NCBI GenBank assembly: GCA_963764715.1
Contig: CAVXTP010000010.1
Coordinates: 160,001 to 224,000 of the forward strand
DNA: 64,000 nt
Direction: 5' to 3'
Source of the DNA: an uncultured Acidobacteriota bacterium
Lineage (GTDB): Bacteria; Acidobacteriota; Thermoanaerobaculia; UBA5066; Gp7-AA6
The translations under genes and the position numbers were made by a program. The notes below the pieces were generated by a model. That model had not been told where the DNA came from. It was given only the letters and a program-made list of their open reading frames with translations, and ran no database searches. The number at the start of each line of letters is the position of its first letter. The first letter of the stretch is position 1. This document shows positions 59,633 through 64,000 of this stretch, piece after piece.

Positions 59633-60103
59633 TCAAACGTGGCAGGAGCCCCCGCCGCGCTTTTCGAAATACCGCTGGTGGTACTCCTCGGCCCGCCAGA
59701 AGCGGGGGGCCGGGGTGATCTCCGTGACGATGGGCCGGGAGAAGCGCCCGCTCTTCTCGAGCCGCGCCTTCGAGGCCTGCGCCGCGGCCTGCTGTTCGGG
59801 CGTGTGGAAGAAGATCGCCGACCGGTACTGCGTGCCCACGTCGGGGCCCTGCCGGTTCAACTGCGTGGGGTTGTGGCCGTTCCAGAAGACGTCGAGGAGC
59901 GTCTCGTAGCCGACCTTCGCGGGGTCGTACTCGACCTCGACGACCTCGGCGTGGCCGGTGGCGTCGCCGCACACGTCCTCGTAGGTCGGGTTCTCGGTCC
60001 GCCCGCCGGCGTACCCGACCGCCGTCGCGAGCACGCCCGGGACCTTGCGAAACTCCTCCTCGACTCCCCAGAAGCATCCTGCGCCGAACATCGCCCTGGC
60101 CAT
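59633..60103 (-). CDS. msrA: Peptide-methionine (S)-S-oxide reductase
   Basis: [31 protein letters not shown]. Confidence 0.95.
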   Translation of the reverse strand: MARAMFGAGCFWGVEEEFRKVPGVLATAVGYAGGRTENPTYEDVCGDATGHAEVVEVEYDPAKVGYETLLDVFWNGHNPTQLNRQGPDVGTQYRSAIFFHTPEQQAAAQASKARLEKSGRFSRPIVTEITPAPRFWRAEEYHQRYFEKRGGGSCHV

Positions 60104-60175
60104 GTCTCCTCCGATCGAGGGGGATTAGAACACCGGCGAACCCGGCGGTGTTCCCGGCGCGTATATTCGGCTGCC

Positions 60176-61039
60176 ATGACCAACACACGGTCCGTGCGGC
60201 GCGTCGTCCCGTCGATCGAGACCCTCGAGGGCGCCGGGTTCCTGGTCCACCGTCCCTTTCCCAACGCGGGCCTCGACCACGTCGATCCCTTCCTCCTGCT
60301 CGACGAGATGGGGCCGTCGGAGCTCGGCCCGGGCGAGGCGCAGGGCGCCCCGGACCACCCGCACCGCGGGTTCGAGACGGTGACCTACCTGCTCTCGGGC
60401 CGGATGGAGCACGAGGACTCGCGGGGCAACCGCGGTCTGCTCACGCCGGGCGACGTGCAGTGGATGACGGCGGGCGCGGGCGTCGTGCACTCGGAGATGC
60501 CGGAGGCGGAGTTCGCCGCCCGGGGCGGGCGCATGCACGGCTTCCAGCTCTGGGTCAATCTCCCGCGCCGCGACAAGATGATGGCCCCCCGTTACCAGGA
60601 GATCCCGGCGGCGCGCATTCCCGTCGGGAAGTCGGCCGACGGTTCGGTCACGGCGCGCGTCATCGCCGGCGAGGCCCTCGGCGCGACCGCGGTCATCGAC
60701 ACGCGGACTCCGATCGTCTACCTCGACCTCCAGCTCTCGGCGGGGGCCTCGCACGTCCAGCCGATTCCGGAGGACTTCAACGCCTTCGCCTACGTCGTCG
60801 AGGGGAAGGGCCTCTTCGGACCGGACCGCACCGCCGCTTCGCCCCACGACCTCGTGATGTTCGGCCAGGACGGCGCCGACGCGCGTCTCGCTGCCTCGCC
60901 GGAGGCGCCCCTGCGCGCGCTCCTGATCGCGGGCCGCCCGATCGGCGAGCCCGTCGCCCGGATGGGGCCCTTCGTGATGAACACCCGCGCCGAGCTCGTC
61001 CAGGCCTTCGAGGACTTCCAGAGCGGCCGGCTCGGCTGA
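60176..61039 (+). CDS. Pirin family protein
   Basis: DPFLLLDE, HPHRGFETVTY, QWMTAGAGVVHSE, QLWVNLP, GPFVMN. Confidence 0.93.
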   Translation: MTNTRSVRRVVPSIETLEGAGFLVHRPFPNAGLDHVDPFLLLDEMGPSELGPGEAQGAPDHPHRGFETVTYLLSGRMEHEDSRGNRGLLTPGDVQWMTAGAGVVHSEMPEAEFAARGGRMHGFQLWVNLPRRDKMMAPRYQEIPAARIPVGKSADGSVTARVIAGEALGATAVIDTRTPIVYLDLQLSAGASHVQPIPEDFNAFAYVVEGKGLFGPDRTAASPHDLVMFGQDGADARLAASPEAPLRALLIAGRPIGEPVARMGPFVMNTRAELVQAFEDFQSGRLG

Positions 61040-61071
61040 AAAGCGCGAGGCCCGGCGCGCGCCGGGCCTCG
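61038..61071 (-). terminator. Rho-independent terminator
   Basis: Perfect 26-bp palindrome CGAGGCCCGGCGCGCGCCGGGCCTCG (61046-61071) followed on the minus strand by GCTTTT. Confidence 0.65.
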
Positions 61072-61099
61072 GAGAAGTCGGTGTCTCGCGGAGCGGAGT

Positions 61100-64000
61100 C
61101 TAGAGCCCGTAGAGCTGCAGCCCGAAGGTCTTCACCAGGAAGACCGCCATCTGCTGCCGCAGCACGGAGTTCGTCGGGCAGTACAGGCCGCCGCCGCAGC
61201 CGGCGGTGACTCCCCGCGCCACGAGCTCGTTGATCCACGGCGCGAAACCGCTGGAGCACGGCACGTCGTCGAACTGCTGGACCGAGCAGGACGGCGGCGT
61301 GTAGCCCGAGCCCTCCTTGGTCTTCAGCAGGAAGACGGCCATCTGCTCGCGGGTCGTCGGGTTGGTCGGGCAGTAGTTTCCGCCGCCGCAGCCGGCGGTG
61401 ACTCCGCGCGCCACGAGCTCGTTGACCCAGGGCGCGAAGGAGCTCGAGCAGGGCACGTCGGGGAAGGCCGGCGTGACGCACGCGGGCGGGACGTAGTCGC
61501 CGCCGTCCTTGGCCTTGAGCAGGAAGACCGCCATCTGCTGGCGGGTGACCGTGTCGCCAGGGCAGTAGTTGCCGCCGCCGCAGCCGGCGGTCACGCCGTT
61601 GTGGAGGACGTTTTCGACCGCGGGATAGAACGGGCTGCCGGAGGTGACGTCGGGGAAGCTGCCGCCGACGTGGAGGATCCACGTCTTGGGGCCGGTGCCT
61701 CCGGAAACGGACTCGGATGCCGAGGCGTCCCAGTGCGCGGCCGGCCGCGCGCCCGCCGTGATCGACACGGAGTAGCAGTCGGTGCAGAACGCCGAACCGG
61801 CGCCGGGGATCGACCCGTAGTCGGCCGAGGGATCTTCGATCGTGTAGACCGGTCCCGCCGGGCCCGTGAAGTTCGAGAGCGACCCCGTGACCGCCGCCGC
61901 CGAGACGTCCTGGTTCTTCCAGGACGGTTCGACCGCCGCCGACTCTCCCGCCTCGAGGACGCCGTTGCCGGCCGCGTCCACGTGGAGCGCCTCCGGAGCG
62001 ACGTTGCCCGGCGGCACGCAGACGTCCGACTGCGCGTCGGGGACCTGGATCTCGACGTTGGCGAGCGTGAACTCGTCGAAATCGAGGCCCGCGAGGGAGA
62101 TGGCCTCGTCCGTTCCGTAGGCCACCTCGAGGCGGACGACCTTGTTGTCGAAGCTTCCGCCCGGGGACAGTGCGCCCGTGCTCCACGTGCTCGCGACGAA
62201 GGCGGGGTTGCCGGGGTTCGTCCCGTTCCATCCGGGCTCGCCTCCGACGACGCAGAACCCGGTGGCCCCGAGGTTGGCCGTGTAGACCTGCCCGCCGCTC
62301 GGCGAGACGACCGTGCTGGCGCCGGTCGCGGGGTCGTAGACCGAGACGTTCGCCCGGTCGTAGGCCTGGTCGGAGGTCGGCTCGATCGCGTAGCGCTCCT
62401 GCATCGCCAGCGTCGAGACGTCGGCGCCGAGGCGGATCAGGGGGCTGCGGATCACGTCGCACGAGAAGAGCGCGCTCGAGGACGACGTGACGTGGGCAGC
62501 TGTTCCGCTCGCCCCGCCCCCGACGGTGGTGCGCGCGAACGTGCCGCTGACGACCTTCCAGCCCTCGAGGTCGGTCTCGAATCCGAAGGTGTGGCTCGCG
62601 GCGGCCTGGAAGTCGCTCTCGACGTTCTCGAACTGCAGCGTGACCGTACGAGTCTGTCCGAGGCCGTCGAGCTCGTCCGAGGCGAGGGTCACGCGGACCT
62701 CGCTCGTCTCGTCGAAGGCGAGGCCCTGGGCCTGGAGCTGGAACGAGGCTTGCGCGACGTCGCACTCGGCGAGGCTCGCCGTGACGTCGATCGGAAGGGA
62801 GGACACGATGATCGTCGAGGGGTGCGTCAGCGGCTCGATCGCCACGATGCGCACGTTGGTCTGGGTTCCCGTGCCGGTGTTCTTCACGTCGAACGTGGCG
62901 GTCGCGAGCTCGCAGTTGTCGAGGAAGGGATCGCCGTCGCCGCCCGACACCGCGGGGAGCACCGACGCGACGCCGAGGCCAGGCCCGCCCGCGGGCACGA
63001 CCGAAACGCACGCGCTCATCGGGCCGAAGCAGGCGTCGCTCGTGCCGAGCGCGGTGACGCTGTAGTCGTACGTGCGTCCGTTCTGCAGGCCTTCGTCGAC
63101 GAAGGCCAGGTCCGCCGTCTCCGCGAGCTTGACCTTGCCGAACTCGCAGCCTCCCACGCCCTCGGTTCGGTACACCGCGTAGGCCGAGGCGTTGGCCACG
63201 GCGGTCCAGCTCAACGCGGCGCTCTTGTCGCGGGACTCGACGGTCACGGCGGTCGCCGTGGTCGGGCCGCCGGCGCAGCCCGCGTTGGCCTGGGCGGGCG
63301 TGGCGCAGGCGATCTGGTGGCGGTTGAACGCCGCGAAGATGGCCGTCATGTGGGGCGTGCCGTCGGCGAGATTGCCGTTGTCGTCGTCGGCGGCGAGGAT
63401 GTTGAGATAGCCGCCCGTCGCGCCGCAGCCGCCGCCGGCGGCGCACGTGTACCAGCTCGTCACGACCTGGCTGCCGAGGTAGAAGAGCCGCGTCGCGACC
63501 TCGCGGGCCATCTCGGTCGAGTAGTTGAACGGGCCGGCCGTCAGGTCCCTGGTCGCGAGATCCCAGGCGACCTCGGCGACGATCATGCCCTCGCAATGGG
63601 TCTCGCGGTTGCACGGGCCGCGCGAGCCCAGGTTCGGGCAGGCCTGAGCGAAGGTGATCCCGTGGGGAACACCGCTCACGTGGTTGGCAAAGTCGATGTC
63701 CCGAATTCCGGAGCACGCCGTGCAGGCATCGCCATAGCCGGTACAGTCGCCCACGAGGAAGAAGCCCCGACCGATGCAGGAGGTGTTCAGTCGAAGGGCG
63801 GCGTAAATGTCGGCGATCGACTCACCGGGGGAGGTGATCGACGGATTGACGCCGTTGTTGTCCATGCCGTGTCCCCACTCGTGGTCGAAGACCGCGGCGA
63901 TCTCGCCCGTGTTGCCGCAGCCGCCGCCCGAGCGGAAGAAGTTGACGGTGGTCCCGTTCCAGAACGCATTGCAGGTGCTGACGATGTTCATGTTGGCGGT
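61100..64000 (-). CDS. Large secreted zinc metalloprotease (M4/M36-like) with FN3-like and three SLH-like domains; 5' end outside window
   Basis: NAFWNG, HEWGH, GESIAD, ETH; three GVTAGCGGG.YCP..MAVFL repeats. Confidence 0.82.
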   Translation of the reverse strand, partial: TANMNIVSTCNAFWNGTTVNFFRSGGGCGNTGEIAAVFDHEWGHGMDNNGVNPSITSPGESIADIYAALRLNTSCIGRGFFLVGDCTGYGDACTACSGIRDIDFANHVSGVPHGITFAQACPNLGSRGPCNRETHCEGMIVAEVAWDLATRDLTAGPFNYSTEMAREVATRLFYLGSQVVTSWYTCAAGGGCGATGGYLNILAADDDNGNLADGTPHMTAIFAAFNRHQIACATPAQANAGCAGGPTTATAVTVESRDKSAALSWTAVANASAYAVYRTEGVGGCEFGKVKLAETADLAFVDEGLQNGRTYDYSVTALGTSDACFGPMSACVSVVPAGGPGLGVASVLPAVSGGDGDPFLDNCELATATFDVKNTGTGTQTNVRIVAIEPLTHPSTIIVSSLPIDVTASLAECDVAQASFQLQAQGLAFDETSEVRVTLASDELDGLGQTRTVTLQFENVESDFQAAASHTFGFETDLEGWKVVSGTFARTTVGGGASGTAAHVTSSSSALFSCDVIRSPLIRLGADVSTLAMQERYAIEPTSDQAYDRANVSVYDPATGASTVVSPSGGQVYTANLGATGFCVVGGEPGWNGTNPGNPAFVASTWSTGALSPGGSFDNKVVRLEVAYGTDEAISLAGLDFDEFTLANVEIQVPDAQSDVCVPPGNVAPEALHVDAAGNGVLEAGESAAVEPSWKNQDVSAAAVTGSLSNFTGPAGPVYTIEDPSADYGSIPGAGSAFCTDCYSVSITAGARPAAHWDASASESVSGGTGPKTWILHVGGSFPDVTSGSPFYPAVENVLHNGVTAGCGGGNYCPGDTVTRQQMAVFLLKAKDGGDYVPPACVTPAFPDVPCSSSFAPWVNELVARGVTAGCGGGNYCPTNPTTREQMAVFLLKTKEGSGYTPPSCSVQQFDDVPCSSGFAPWINELVARGVTAGCGGGLYCPTNSVLRQQMAVFLVKTFGLQLYGL
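61110..61660 (-). repeat. Three tandem SLH-like repeats (about 60 aa each)
   Basis: F.DV..F.PW..ELVARGVTAGCGGG.YCP..R.QMAVFL.K pattern repeated, first copy more diverged. Confidence 0.8.

Overview
High-GC bacterial window, densely coding, with no rRNA, tRNA, CRISPR array or transposase visible. Cys-containing SLH-like repeats and many outer-membrane barrels suggest a diderm, possibly Acidobacteriota/Thermoanaerobaculia (inference only). (1) 1-13 kb: a long minus-strand run with a CoA-disulfide reductase-rhodanese, two rhodaneses, an AhpD-like protein, membrane proteins and barrels, next to a GAF-HisKA_3 kinase/NarL pair; two of its promoters share a 47-bp box. (2) 13-47.5 kb: DUF3300/DUF2950/CAX/VIT genes, a PAS kinase/FixJ-like pair, an operon of DcaP porin-aspA-DASS-aspT-asparaginase-DcaP porin-PPK2, SulP, an MGH1-like glucosidase, an S1/P1-nuclease/PLC-like barrel fusion and an RND pump. 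Four promoters here carry one 18-bp palindrome at the same position, so the region looks like a single regulon, perhaps for acid/ion stress. (3) 47.5-64 kb: pgl, aldose epimerase, an ECF module, a hydroxyproline catabolic operon, msrA, pirin and a partial SLH-anchored metalloprotease. About ten frameshifts between 5 and 30 kb look like long-read indel errors. Family calls come from motif recognition, not database searches.
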